Under the pieces are notes generated by a model. It was not told where the DNA came from and made no database searches. It worked only from the letters and a program-made list of their open reading frames with translations. This document shows, one piece after another, positions 1 to 7,828 of a stretch of 19,128 nucleotides of DNA. This stretch comes from Pseudobdellovibrionaceae bacterium. GTDB taxonomy: Bacteria > Bdellovibrionota > Bdellovibrionia > Bdellovibrionales > Bdellovibrionaceae. Made by a program: the position numbers and the translations under genes. The DNA is taken from assembly GCA_039810425.1 (NCBI GenBank), contig JBDHWW010000053.1, forward strand, positions 1-19,128. Reading direction: 5' to 3'. Within the stretch, counting starts at the first letter, position 1; every line of letters begins with the position of its first letter.

Positions 1-122
1 GGAAACTTAGGAATGATCAAAAACTCAGTGTGGAATCAGGTCCTTTGTCTAGCAAACTTGTGGGTAATAGTAAGCCCAAGGTCCAGGTGGAGTGATTGCC
101 GTCCACAACTCCAGAGCGTCTT

Positions 123-131
123 TGTTATACT
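123..131 (+). promoter_or_regulatory. Candidate extended -10 sigma70 promoter (TGnTATACT) for ftsQAZ
   Basis: TGTTATACT at 123-131, 24 nt upstream of the ftsQ TTG. SD-like GAGGA at 144-148. No well-spaced -35. Confidence 0.45.
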
Positions 132-155
132 GAAAGCACTTGTGAGGACTTCTGA

Positions 156-902
156 TTGAAAAAGCTCATTCTGAAATTGTTCGTGGCATTTGTTGTTCTT
201 CCGTCAGTGATTGCCAGTTCGATGTATTGGCTCAACGAAAAAGGTTTTTTCAACATCAGTGAAGTACAAATTGTTCTCGTCGACTCTCCGCAATCTCAAT
301 CGAATTTCTATTCCCCGATGGCCGATAAACTTGAAAAACAAATGCTCGAGTTCAAAGGGCAATCCCTGTGGTCCGTGAAGCTTTCAGAAGTTGTGGGATT
401 GCTCAATTCGCAAAACTGGATTGAGCATCACAGCATCAGTCGCAGCTGGCCGAGCGGCTTGTCGGTGAAAATCAAACCTCACGACATCAAGCTCGTTTAT
501 TTGGGGAAAAACGGAAAGTACATGCCGATCATTTCTGACGGCAGCTTCTTGGACACCGTGGATTCAAAGCAAGCCCCGGACGTCACTTTGCTTGAAGGCG
601 AAAATTTCTTGCAGAAAAAAGAGCTTCGTCAAAAAGCCGTGCAGGTTCTGAAAGAAATTCCGATCGAAGGAACCTTCAGCCGAAAAACAATTTCGGAAAT
701 CAGATATGATCAAAAAGATGGTTTTTCGATGACGATGATGAAGACCGGAATACAGGTCAAGATTGGCGAAGAACAGGTTGGAATTAAAAGTGCTCGAGTC
801 TCACAAGTTGTTGATTATCTTCAGACTCGTCAATTTGACGCACGCGTCATAGACGCCAATCTGTCAAAGAAAGTTCTTGTCAGGTTGCGCAACGATCCCT
901 AA
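156..902 (+). CDS. ftsQ: Cell division protein FtsQ/DivIB
   Basis: 248 aa with a TTG start and SD. Single N-terminal TM helix, POTRA-like segment (NWIEHHSISRSWPSGLSVKIK), C-terminal IDANLSKKVLVR resembling the FtsQ 'iDlR...v' end. Lies directly upstream of ftsA. Confidence 0.88.
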   Translation: MKKLILKLFVAFVVLPSVIASSMYWLNEKGFFNISEVQIVLVDSPQSQSNFYSPMADKLEKQMLEFKGQSLWSVKLSEVVGLLNSQNWIEHHSISRSWPSGLSVKIKPHDIKLVYLGKNGKYMPIISDGSFLDTVDSKQAPDVTLLEGENFLQKKELRQKAVQVLKEIPIEGTFSRKTISEIRYDQKDGFSMTMMKTGIQVKIGEEQVGIKSARVSQVVDYLQTRQFDARVIDANLSKKVLVRLRNDP

Positions 903-1012
903 GCTAAAGTCAAGGCAAACTGAGGTCCAGAGACTTTTGTCTGTCTGAATTCTCTGAAGAATTAGGGAATTAATGAGGACCATTTGGTCAGACTTATTGT
1001 TAGGACTTAAGG

Positions 1013-2275
1013 ATGAGCAACATAAAACCGAAAGCACCGGTGCTGGCTGGCCTTGATATTGGTTCCACGAAAGTTTGTTTTGTCATCGGCACGGTAAATC
1101 CTGAAGGTAAGATTGATGTCGCGGGAGTCGGAACCGCCCCTAATACTGGCATCCGACAAGGCGTCGTCGTTAACATCGAAGCCACAACTGAATCCATCAA
1201 AAAAGCAAAAGAAGAAGCGGAGCTCATGAGCGGTTATTCCGTGAATGAAGTGTGGGTTGGGGTGTCTGGCACGCACATCACTTCTTTTGACTCTAAAGGT
1301 ATGGTTGCGATCAAAAATAAAGAAGTGACCAACCAAGACATTGAGCGTGTGATTGAAGCCGCGAAAGCCGTGGCGGTTCCTGCGGATCGCAATGTCCTTC
1401 ATGTGTTGCCTCGTGAGTATAAAGTCGACGGTCAAGACGGAATCACCGATCCTATTGGGATGTCGGGTGTGCGCTTGGAGGCAAGTGTTCACATCGTGAC
1501 GGGTGGTCACACAGCTCTGCAAAATTCCGTAAAATGTGTTGAGAAGGCCGGCCTTCGTGTCGGCGGTCTTGTTTTGAATCAACTTGCCGCTTCGGCCGCA
1601 GTGTTGAGTGAGGACGAGAAGAATCTTGGCGTCTGCGTTGTGGATATGGGTGGCGGTACTTGTGACGCTGTTTACTTCTCGAATGGTAGCGTGGCTCATA
1701 CATCTATTATTCCGATCGGCGGCCACCACTTCACACACGATGTGGCGGTGGGCTTAAGGACGCCTCAGGTGTCGGCGGAAGACCTCAAGAAAAAATATGG
1801 CTGCGCAATGGCTTCCATGGTGAACGAAACTGAAACCATCGAAGTTGAAGGCGTCGGAGGCCGCAAATCCCGTTTGATCCCACGCAAAGATCTTGCTGAT
1901 GTTTTGGAAGCGCGAGCTGAAGAGACCTTAAACCTCATCGCAAACGATATGCGCATGAGTGGATTATTGCCTATGATGGGATCTGGCTTGGTGCTGACTG
2001 GTGGCGCGAGCCAACTCGATGGCCTGGTTGAAATGGGTGAGTTTATTTTTGATATTCCTGTTCGTCGCGGGGGCCCGAGTAAAGTGGGCGGGCTTATTGA
2101 TGTGGTGAAGTCTGGTGAGTTCTCAGCGGCGGTGGGCTTGTTGTTGTATGGCCTCAGTCAGCGTAAGGATCTGATTGCTCAAAGCCAGCAGGGGCAGGGC
2201 GAAATGATTAATTTGGGCGAGTCTATCGATGGATTGGCGCAAAAAGTAAAAGATTTTTTTGGACAGATTTTTTAA
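1013..2275 (+). CDS. ftsA: Cell division protein FtsA
   Basis: 420 aa actin-like ATPase with AGLDIGSTKV, DPIGMSGVRLE, VVDMGGGT and LVLTGGASQL motifs. Lies between ftsQ and ftsZ. Confidence 0.98.
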   Translation: MSNIKPKAPVLAGLDIGSTKVCFVIGTVNPEGKIDVAGVGTAPNTGIRQGVVVNIEATTESIKKAKEEAELMSGYSVNEVWVGVSGTHITSFDSKGMVAIKNKEVTNQDIERVIEAAKAVAVPADRNVLHVLPREYKVDGQDGITDPIGMSGVRLEASVHIVTGGHTALQNSVKCVEKAGLRVGGLVLNQLAASAAVLSEDEKNLGVCVVDMGGGTCDAVYFSNGSVAHTSIIPIGGHHFTHDVAVGLRTPQVSAEDLKKKYGCAMASMVNETETIEVEGVGGRKSRLIPRKDLADVLEARAEETLNLIANDMRMSGLLPMMGSGLVLTGGASQLDGLVEMGEFIFDIPVRRGGPSKVGGLIDVVKSGEFSAAVGLLLYGLSQRKDLIAQSQQGQGEMINLGESIDGLAQKVKDFFGQIF

Positions 2276-2302
2276 AAAGTTTATCTCTCAAGTGTTTAAT
2301 AG

Positions 2303-2326
2303 TTATCAGCGCAGGGATGCGCATAA
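2303..2326 (+). promoter_or_regulatory. GGA-loop hairpin in the ftsZ leader (CsrA/RsmA-site-like)
   Basis: GCGCA-GGGA-TGCGC at 2309-2322, extendable by TTAT/ATAA with a bulge. Contains CAGGGATG (CAnGGAnG). Lies just upstream of the AGGAGGA SD. Confidence 0.4.
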
Positions 2327-2344
2327 AAGTTTTAGGAGGAGCGA

Positions 2345-4003
2345 ATGTTTGAATTAGAAGAGAATATCAGTATCGGAGCCAACATTAAGGTTGTTGGTGT
2401 CGGTGGCGGCGGTAGCAACGCAGTCACAACCATGATCGAATCAAATATGGGCGGTGTAGAGTTCATCGTAGCAAATACTGATATCCAAGCGTTGAACGCG
2501 AATAAAGCGCCTTCTAAAATTCAATTGGGTCTTGATTTAACAAAAGGTCTTGGTGCAGGAGCCAACCCCGATATCGGTCGTCGTGCGGCGATTGAATCTT
2601 ACAATGAAATCGTCGAAAAACTTGAAGGCGCTGACATGGTTTTCGTCACTGCCGGCATGGGCGGCGGAACTGGTACCGGGGGAGCTCCCATCGTAGCGAA
2701 AATAGCCCGTGAATTGGGCGCGCTTACTATTGGCGTAGTCACTAAGCCTTTCTTCTTCGAAGGTAAAAAACGTTCTAAGCACGCTGACGGAGGTTTGGCG
2801 GAGCTGAAAGAGAACGTGGATACCCTCATAGTGATCCCGAATCAGAAACTTCTTTCTATAGCGACGGAAAAGACGCCTTTGCTCGAGACCTTCAAAAAAG
2901 CGGATGAAGTGCTTTTGCAAGCGGTCAAAGGGATCTCTGATTTGATTAACATCCGTGGTTTGATCAACTTGGACTTCGCGGACATTCGTACCGTCATGGC
3001 GTCTAAAGGGATCGCGATCATGGGGACTGGCACGGCAAAAGGCCAAAACCGCGCTGTCGAGGCGGCGACCGCGGCGATTTCTTCCCCACTTCTCGAGAAC
3101 ATCCGTATCGATGGAGCGACGGGTATTATCGTGAACATCACGGGTGGTTCTGACTTGAGCCTCCTCGAGGTGAACGAAGCAACGATGTTGATTACAGAAG
3201 CTGCGCATGAAGATGCGGAAATCATCTTCGGTGCGGTTATCGATGATAATATGAACGAAGAAGTTCGCGTGACGGTTATCGCAACTGGTTTTGCACAAGA
3301 AGACCGTCAAATGGCTTCTGATACAATCAATCAAATGCAACAGTTCTTGAACGGTACGGGCATCCAGTTTCCTGGGATGAGCGCATCTTCCGGCATGCCT
3401 GGGAACATGAACATGCTGCCGCCAATTCCTGCAATTCCGAACATGCTGCCGCAAATGCCACAGATGCCGGCAATGCCTCAGTATCATCAACCGCAACAAG
3501 TTCCTGTGATGCCAGCGGAGTTGCCGCCGATTCAAACAGTCCAAAGTTCCGTGATGAACTACACTCAAACTGTTGAGCAAACTCAACAGCAAGTTCCGCA
3601 ACAGTTTTACCACGCTCCGGTTCAACAGGCGGCTTCTGTAGTTCCACAAATGCCAATGCAGCAAGAGCAGGTGGCGACGCCAATCGCTCCGATTGCTCAA
3701 CAGCAGGTGGTTCCACAGCAAGCGGTGCTACAAACACCACAAGCTCCAAATCCGGCGGAAGCGGCAATGTCTCCTCGTGATATGTTGATGGCTAAGGCGC
3801 GTGCTTTCAAAGAAAGCCAGGACTTGAAAGCGCGTCATACACAACCAGAACAATTGTCTATGAATGTAGACCATGAGCAGCAGTCTCTCGAAGAGGCCCG
3901 TAAAATGGCTCGTGAGGTGCTGAGCTCTCCATTTTCTGGCCAAAACCTCGAGGTTCCTGCTTTCATCCGCAAGAAACAAGGTTTTGACTTGAATAAAGAA
4001 TAA
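2345..4003 (+). CDS. ftsZ: Cell division protein FtsZ with a long low-complexity C-terminal linker
   Basis: 552 aa with [13 protein letters not shown], the tubulin signature [10 protein letters not shown]7 loop INLDFAD and C-terminal core peptide LEVPAFIRK. Strong SD AGGAGGA. Confidence 0.99.
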   Translation: MFELEENISIGANIKVVGVGGGGSNAVTTMIESNMGGVEFIVANTDIQALNANKAPSKIQLGLDLTKGLGAGANPDIGRRAAIESYNEIVEKLEGADMVFVTAGMGGGTGTGGAPIVAKIARELGALTIGVVTKPFFFEGKKRSKHADGGLAELKENVDTLIVIPNQKLLSIATEKTPLLETFKKADEVLLQAVKGISDLINIRGLINLDFADIRTVMASKGIAIMGTGTAKGQNRAVEAATAAISSPLLENIRIDGATGIIVNITGGSDLSLLEVNEATMLITEAAHEDAEIIFGAVIDDNMNEEVRVTVIATGFAQEDRQMASDTINQMQQFLNGTGIQFPGMSASSGMPGNMNMLPPIPAIPNMLPQMPQMPAMPQYHQPQQVPVMPAELPPIQTVQSSVMNYTQTVEQTQQQVPQQFYHAPVQQAASVVPQMPMQQEQVATPIAPIAQQQVVPQQAVLQTPQAPNPAEAAMSPRDMLMAKARAFKESQDLKARHTQPEQLSMNVDHEQQSLEEARKMAREVLSSPFSGQNLEVPAFIRKKQGFDLNKE

Positions 4004-4006
4004 AAA

Positions 4007-4753
4007 TTGGAAGCCTGGTTTTTATCTGACATTCACATAAAAACAATGCAAGAGCGCAACAGTGACATTCTGTTGCGCTTTTTGCATTCTTTGTGCGAGA
4101 AAAATCCCCAGGAAATTCATCTATTTTTACTTGGGGACATTTTTGATCTTTGGGTGGGCGGTTCGAGCGTCTTTGTTAGAAAATTCCAACCGCTTATAGA
4201 TGCGATTCGTGATTTGAAAAATGCCGGGGCAAGAATCACCTACATCGAGGGCAACCACGACGTTCATATTGAGTCGTTCTGGCGGAAAAAGCTCGGTGTC
4301 GAAGTTTTTGTCGAAGCTCAGTTTTACAACATCAACGGTTTAGAAATACGAGTAGAGCACGGCGATCTCATCAACCTCGATGATGAAACCTACCTCAAAT
4401 ACCGTTCGTTTATCCGCAATCCGTGGGTGAAACCACTCAGTTGGATCATTCCGGGAAAGTTCTGGGATGAGGTTGGGAACTATGCGGCCCGTAGGAGTCG
4501 CAAGCGCAGCCATGTCTATAGAGTTCGCAACGAAGAAAAACTTAGTCAGATGATCCACGCCCATGCCGAACGTGTGCATTCTGAGCATCCTTATGATGTC
4601 ATCGTCTCTGGCCACATGCATGTCTACGATGACTACACATTTCAAATTGGGAACAAAGTGGTCCGTTCTATCAATCTAGGCAGCTGGTATGGCCCGGGGG
4701 TCAAGGTTTTAAGACTTTCTGGCCAGCACCTAGAATGGGTCAAAATAAATTAA
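4007..4753 (+). CDS. lpxH: Calcineurin-like metallophosphoesterase, probable UDP-2,3-diacylglucosamine hydrolase (LpxH-like)
   Basis: 248 aa, TTG start 3 nt after the ftsZ stop. Motifs FLSDIH, LGDIFDLW, YIEGNHD, VEHGD, SGHMH and NLGSW. It has GNHD rather than the E. coli-type GNRD, so exact orthology is uncertain. Confidence 0.72.
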   Translation: MEAWFLSDIHIKTMQERNSDILLRFLHSLCEKNPQEIHLFLLGDIFDLWVGGSSVFVRKFQPLIDAIRDLKNAGARITYIEGNHDVHIESFWRKKLGVEVFVEAQFYNINGLEIRVEHGDLINLDDETYLKYRSFIRNPWVKPLSWIIPGKFWDEVGNYAARRSRKRSHVYRVRNEEKLSQMIHAHAERVHSEHPYDVIVSGHMHVYDDYTFQIGNKVVRSINLGSWYGPGVKVLRLSGQHLEWVKIN

Positions 4754-4794
4754 AGCGAGTATCTGTTCGTAATTTAATGTGATGAAATATACAC

Positions 4795-5226
4795 ATGGAA
4801 CTAAAAATCGATAATTGGGAAAGCTTTCTCTACGAATCACGCCCTTTTGCCTATGTCGCAATCGGTACCTACGCGCTCGCGGCAGATAAGCCGAACCTTA
4901 TACTGTTGGCGGCGGCGGCGATTCTGATCTTCTGCGGAATCCTTGTGTTAAGAATGAGATTCAATGCCCGCGCAGGTGCCACCATGGAATCGCTCTATTA
5001 CGAGAGTTTGCCGTTTCTGTATCTTGGTATTGGCGTATACGCCTTGTTTTTTTTAAACTTCACAAAGATCGCCGTGGGCAGTGGGGTGATCTTATTGTTC
5101 TGCGCGACCAAGGTTTTCCAATGGCGAATCCTCAATCGTCGTGCAGTTTTTAGGGTGGTCAGAAATAAACCCACCCCCGAAAAAAAGAAGGCGGAGTCCC
5201 GCCCCGCAAGTCGCCCGCTTGTATAG
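4795..5226 (+). CDS. Small hypothetical 4-TM membrane protein built from two tandem repeats
   Basis: 143 aa with four hydrophobic segments and a basic C-terminal tail. Followed by a terminator. Confidence 0.75.
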   Translation: MELKIDNWESFLYESRPFAYVAIGTYALAADKPNLILLAAAAILIFCGILVLRMRFNARAGATMESLYYESLPFLYLGIGVYALFFLNFTKIAVGSGVILLFCATKVFQWRILNRRAVFRVVRNKPTPEKKKAESRPASRPLV

Positions 5227-5229
5227 GGA

Positions 5230-5262
5230 ATAAAAAGCCGGTCTTCTCAACCGGCTTTTTAT
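5230..5262. terminator. Bidirectional rho-independent terminator
   Basis: Perfect 13-bp inverted repeat ATAAAAAGCCGGT / ACCGGCTTTTTAT with a 7-nt loop and A/T tracts on both sides, between convergent genes. Confidence 0.92.
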
Positions 5263-5285
5263 CTAAGCACGACTTTAATTTATAA

Positions 5286-6011
5286 CTAGAAATTCAAAGT
5301 GTAGGCAATGCTGCCTTGAATGCCAGACAAAGTTGTCTTCAAGTCGGTGCCGTTAATTTCGACCTCTTGGTTCGTGCCGGCTTGTGAAAGGCCTGGAACC
5401 GTGCCGTTTGCTGAGCTTGCCAAGTTTCTTTCGATTGGCAAGTAGCGAAGATTTCCCTCGATACTCAAGCAATGCTCCGGTGTGAAGCAGAAGTCCACGC
5501 CGAGGCCGCCCAATGCACCGAAGGCACTACCGGCGAAAGCAACTGAGTTGCCGCCGGCGCTGATATCGCCGCTCATTCGGCCATAACCAAGACCCATTTG
5601 CATGTAGAATTTAATGAAGCTGTTTTCAAGCGGGTAAAGTCGGAAGATCGGGAAGATCGTCATAGCGGAAAGTTTGTAGTCATAGGAATTACCGCCGCCA
5701 GAACCGGTTGCACTTTGCATAACATATGAAGGTCTGAAGGCGATTGCAAACATCGTCCCGCTGAAACGGTACTGGTACTGCGCAAAGAGCTCGTAGGCAG
5801 AACCCATATCGCCGGTGTCCGCGCCTGACGCCCGGGCCGTTTTAATAAGAGAGTTTACGTCATCTTGGCCTGCGGTTAAAAGGCCCAGCCCGAACTCCAT
5901 GGAGTGGCCACCGCCGCCGCCACGACTGAGCGCGAATGCATTCGGTGCGCCAAATGCCAGAACAAGGACTCCAACGACAGTGGAAAGCATAGATTTTTTA
6001 AATAAAGACAT
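5286..6011 (-). CDS. Outer-membrane beta-barrel protein (OmpA/OmpW-like)
   Basis: Start reassigned to ATG 6011 (SD GGAGGA at 6018-6023 on the minus strand), giving 241 aa. Signal peptide ending ...PNAFA, alternating amphipathic strands (FYMQMGLGYG, GLGVDF, LSIEGNLRY) and a C-terminal aromatic YTLNF typical of BAM substrates. Confidence 0.8.
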   Translation of the reverse strand: MSLFKKSMLSTVVGVLVLAFGAPNAFALSRGGGGGHSMEFGLGLLTAGQDDVNSLIKTARASGADTGDMGSAYELFAQYQYRFSGTMFAIAFRPSYVMQSATGSGGGNSYDYKLSAMTIFPIFRLYPLENSFIKFYMQMGLGYGRMSGDISAGGNSVAFAGSAFGALGGLGVDFCFTPEHCLSIEGNLRYLPIERNLASSANGTVPGLSQAGTNQEVEINGTDLKTTLSGIQGSIAYTLNF

Positions 6012-6037
6012 TTCGTATCCTCCGTGACACATTTTAG

Positions 6038-6050
6038 ATCTATTATAGAT
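6038..6050 (-). promoter_or_regulatory. Candidate -10 (TATAAT) inside a short palindrome upstream of the beta-barrel gene
   Basis: Minus-strand TATAAT at 6042-6047 within ATCTAT-T-ATAGAT. No correctly spaced -35. Confidence 0.35.
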
Positions 6051-6108
6051 TCCAAGAGGAGAGTTCGGTGATCAAGTCAAGTCTCCTTGTTATGGACAAA
6101 GGGCTAGC

Positions 6109-6666
6109 ATGAAAAAAGTCAGCGGAAAGTTAGTCGAAACAAAATTGAAATCCGATTTAGTCTATCACGGTTCTTTTTTGAAGGTTCTTCGGGATGAAGT
6201 CGAGCTTCCAGACGGAAAGACCGCGACCCGGGAATACATTCCTCATCCAGGAGCGTCCATGATCATTCCGCTCACGGATCAAGGTGAGCTCGTTATGGTT
6301 CGTCAGTATCGGTACGCGGTTCAAAAAATTTTTATCGAATTCCCCGCAGGCAAAATAGATCAAGGCGAAGAAGCTCTGCACACGGCTCAACGGGAGCTCG
6401 AGGAGGAAACCGGCTTTGTGGCTCGAGATTTCAGACATCTTACAACCATTCATCCGGTGATTGGCTACTCTAACGAAAAGATCGAAGTCTTTTTGGCAAA
6501 GGGTTTAACCGCTACTCAACAAAGATTGGATCATGGCGAGTTTTTAGATGTGTTCAAAATTCCTTTTGTGGAGGCTATGGAAAAGCTCCACAACGGAGAG
6601 ATCACGGATGTGAAAACCATGGTGGGCCTTTTCTGGTACAACCAGATTTTAAATTCAAAATGGTAA
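6109..6666 (+). CDS. nudF: Nudix hydrolase, ADP-ribose pyrophosphatase-like
   Basis: 185 aa with Nudix box GKIDQGEEALHTAQRELEEETG plus the ADPRase-type REYIPHPGA, VRQYRY, IEFPAG and ITDVKT elements. Confidence 0.85.
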   Translation: MKKVSGKLVETKLKSDLVYHGSFLKVLRDEVELPDGKTATREYIPHPGASMIIPLTDQGELVMVRQYRYAVQKIFIEFPAGKIDQGEEALHTAQRELEEETGFVARDFRHLTTIHPVIGYSNEKIEVFLAKGLTATQQRLDHGEFLDVFKIPFVEAMEKLHNGEITDVKTMVGLFWYNQILNSKW

Positions 6667-6692
6667 TTTTTTGCTAGAAACCGCTAGTTTGT

Positions 6693-7688
6693 TTAGGTGA
6701 GCCGAGCGCGCCGCTGGCTCAGTAAGGCGGCGGCTTCTTTTGCAAAATAAGTCAGAATCACATCCGCACCGGCACGGCGGATCGCCAGGAGACTTTCCAT
6801 CATCGCTTTTTCGCCGTCCAGCCAGCCATTTGCGGCGGCCGCTTTGATCATCGCATATTCGCCACTTACGTTGTAAGCCGCGACAGGCACGGTGAAGTTC
6901 TGCTTCAGTGACTGAATAATATCCAGGTATGCCAAAGCCGGTTTGACCATGATTATGTCAGCGCCTTCGTTCACATCAAGACCTGCTTCCAGCAAGGCCT
7001 CACGCGAATTGCGTGGATCCATTTGATAAGTTTTCTTATCGCCGAATTTTGGCGCTGAATCGAGAGCATCACGGAAGGGGCCATAGAAGCTCGAAGCATA
7101 TTTCGCGGAGTAAGCAAGAATGCCGGTGTTCTCAAAACCTTCGGCGTCAAGGGCACGCCGGATTTCCCCGACGCGCCCATCCATCATGTCAGACGGCGCG
7201 ACCATGTCGGCTCCCGCGCGAGCTTGAGCCAACGCCATTTTCACTAGCACTTCGATCGTCTCGTCATTGAGGACTTGACCATCGCGAACGATACCGTCAT
7301 GACCGTCACTGGAGTAAGGATCCAACGCGACGTCGGTGATCACGCAAGCCTCCGGAAACTTGTCTTTGATTTTTTTCACCGTTGTCGGCAGAAGGCCCTG
7401 CGAATTGAAAGACTCCTCCGCAGTTGAGTTTTTCAAAGAATCCCTGATGGCGGGAAAGAGCGCGAAGGAATGGACTCCCAAAGTCTGGCATTCGGCTATT
7501 TCTTTAAGTAAGTTGTCGGCACTTAGGCGGAACTGACCCGGCATCGACTTGATCGCGATCTTTTGATCCTGGCCCTCGCACAAAAAGACAGGGTAAATCA
7601 GATTATCTGCGCTGAAGGTGGTTTCAGCGATCATGTTACGGATGGCAGGAGTCCGGCGATTGCGGCGAGGGCGATTGATCATATCCAT
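6693..7688 (-). CDS. hemB: Porphobilinogen synthase (ALA dehydratase), Asp-rich non-zinc type
   Basis: 331 aa with RPRRNR, DVALDPYSSDGHDG, APSDMMDGRV, YSAKYASSFYGPFRDA, MVKPA and AYNVSGEY. Confidence 0.98.
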   Translation of the reverse strand: MDMINRPRRNRRTPAIRNMIAETTFSADNLIYPVFLCEGQDQKIAIKSMPGQFRLSADNLLKEIAECQTLGVHSFALFPAIRDSLKNSTAEESFNSQGLLPTTVKKIKDKFPEACVITDVALDPYSSDGHDGIVRDGQVLNDETIEVLVKMALAQARAGADMVAPSDMMDGRVGEIRRALDAEGFENTGILAYSAKYASSFYGPFRDALDSAPKFGDKKTYQMDPRNSREALLEAGLDVNEGADIIMVKPALAYLDIIQSLKQNFTVPVAAYNVSGEYAMIKAAAANGWLDGEKAMMESLLAIRRAGADVILTYFAKEAAALLSQRRARLT

Positions 7689-7779
7689 AGAATCCGTTTT
7701 CGCAGATTCTTACGGGAAGTAAAGCCTTCTCGCGACCTTCGTATTGCTTTGAGTCATGAGGTCTCAAAATTTACCGGAG

Positions 7780-7802
7780 ATGACAATTCAATGACAATTC
7801 AA
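7780..7802 (+). promoter_or_regulatory. Tandem 11-bp direct repeat containing TGACA-N6-TGACA (OmpR/PhoB-type, HemR-box-like operator)
   Basis: ATGACAATTCA at 7780-7790 and 7791-7801. TGACA half-sites at 7781-7785 and 7792-7796. Lies in the hemB/hemA divergent region, about 30 nt upstream of hemA. Confidence 0.8.
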
Positions 7803-7828
7803 AGCCGAAAATACAGTACATAAGAGGA

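Noticed and set aside
1007..1738. 243-aa antisense ORF and other short ORFs over ftsA
   Set aside because: Shadow frames of a highly conserved gene with no domain signal.
2537..3721. 394-aa antisense ORF
   Set aside because: Lies wholly opposite ftsZ. Its L/H/R-rich composition mirrors the ftsZ codons and it has no recognisable motifs.
4776..4793. CRP/FNR-like site AATGTGA-N6-ATACA upstream of the small membrane protein gene
   Set aside because: The second half-site matches only 3/5 of TCACA in an AT-rich spacer and abuts the start codon.
6025..6040. Single TGACA upstream of the beta-barrel gene as a second HemR-like box
   Set aside because: No second half-site at the 11-bp period (AGATC instead).
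6667..6692. Possible terminator between the Nudix gene and hemB
   Set aside because: Only short CTAG repeats and no stable GC stem.
7748..7768. TTTGAG-N9-CTCAAA inverted repeat in the hemB/hemA spacer
   Set aside because: Only 6 bp per arm and matches no operator I can name. Not supportable without conservation data.
7804..7811. GCCGAAAA as a sigma28 -10 for hemA
   Set aside because: No TAAA/TAAG-like -35 at 15-nt spacing. The tandem TGACA box explains the region better.
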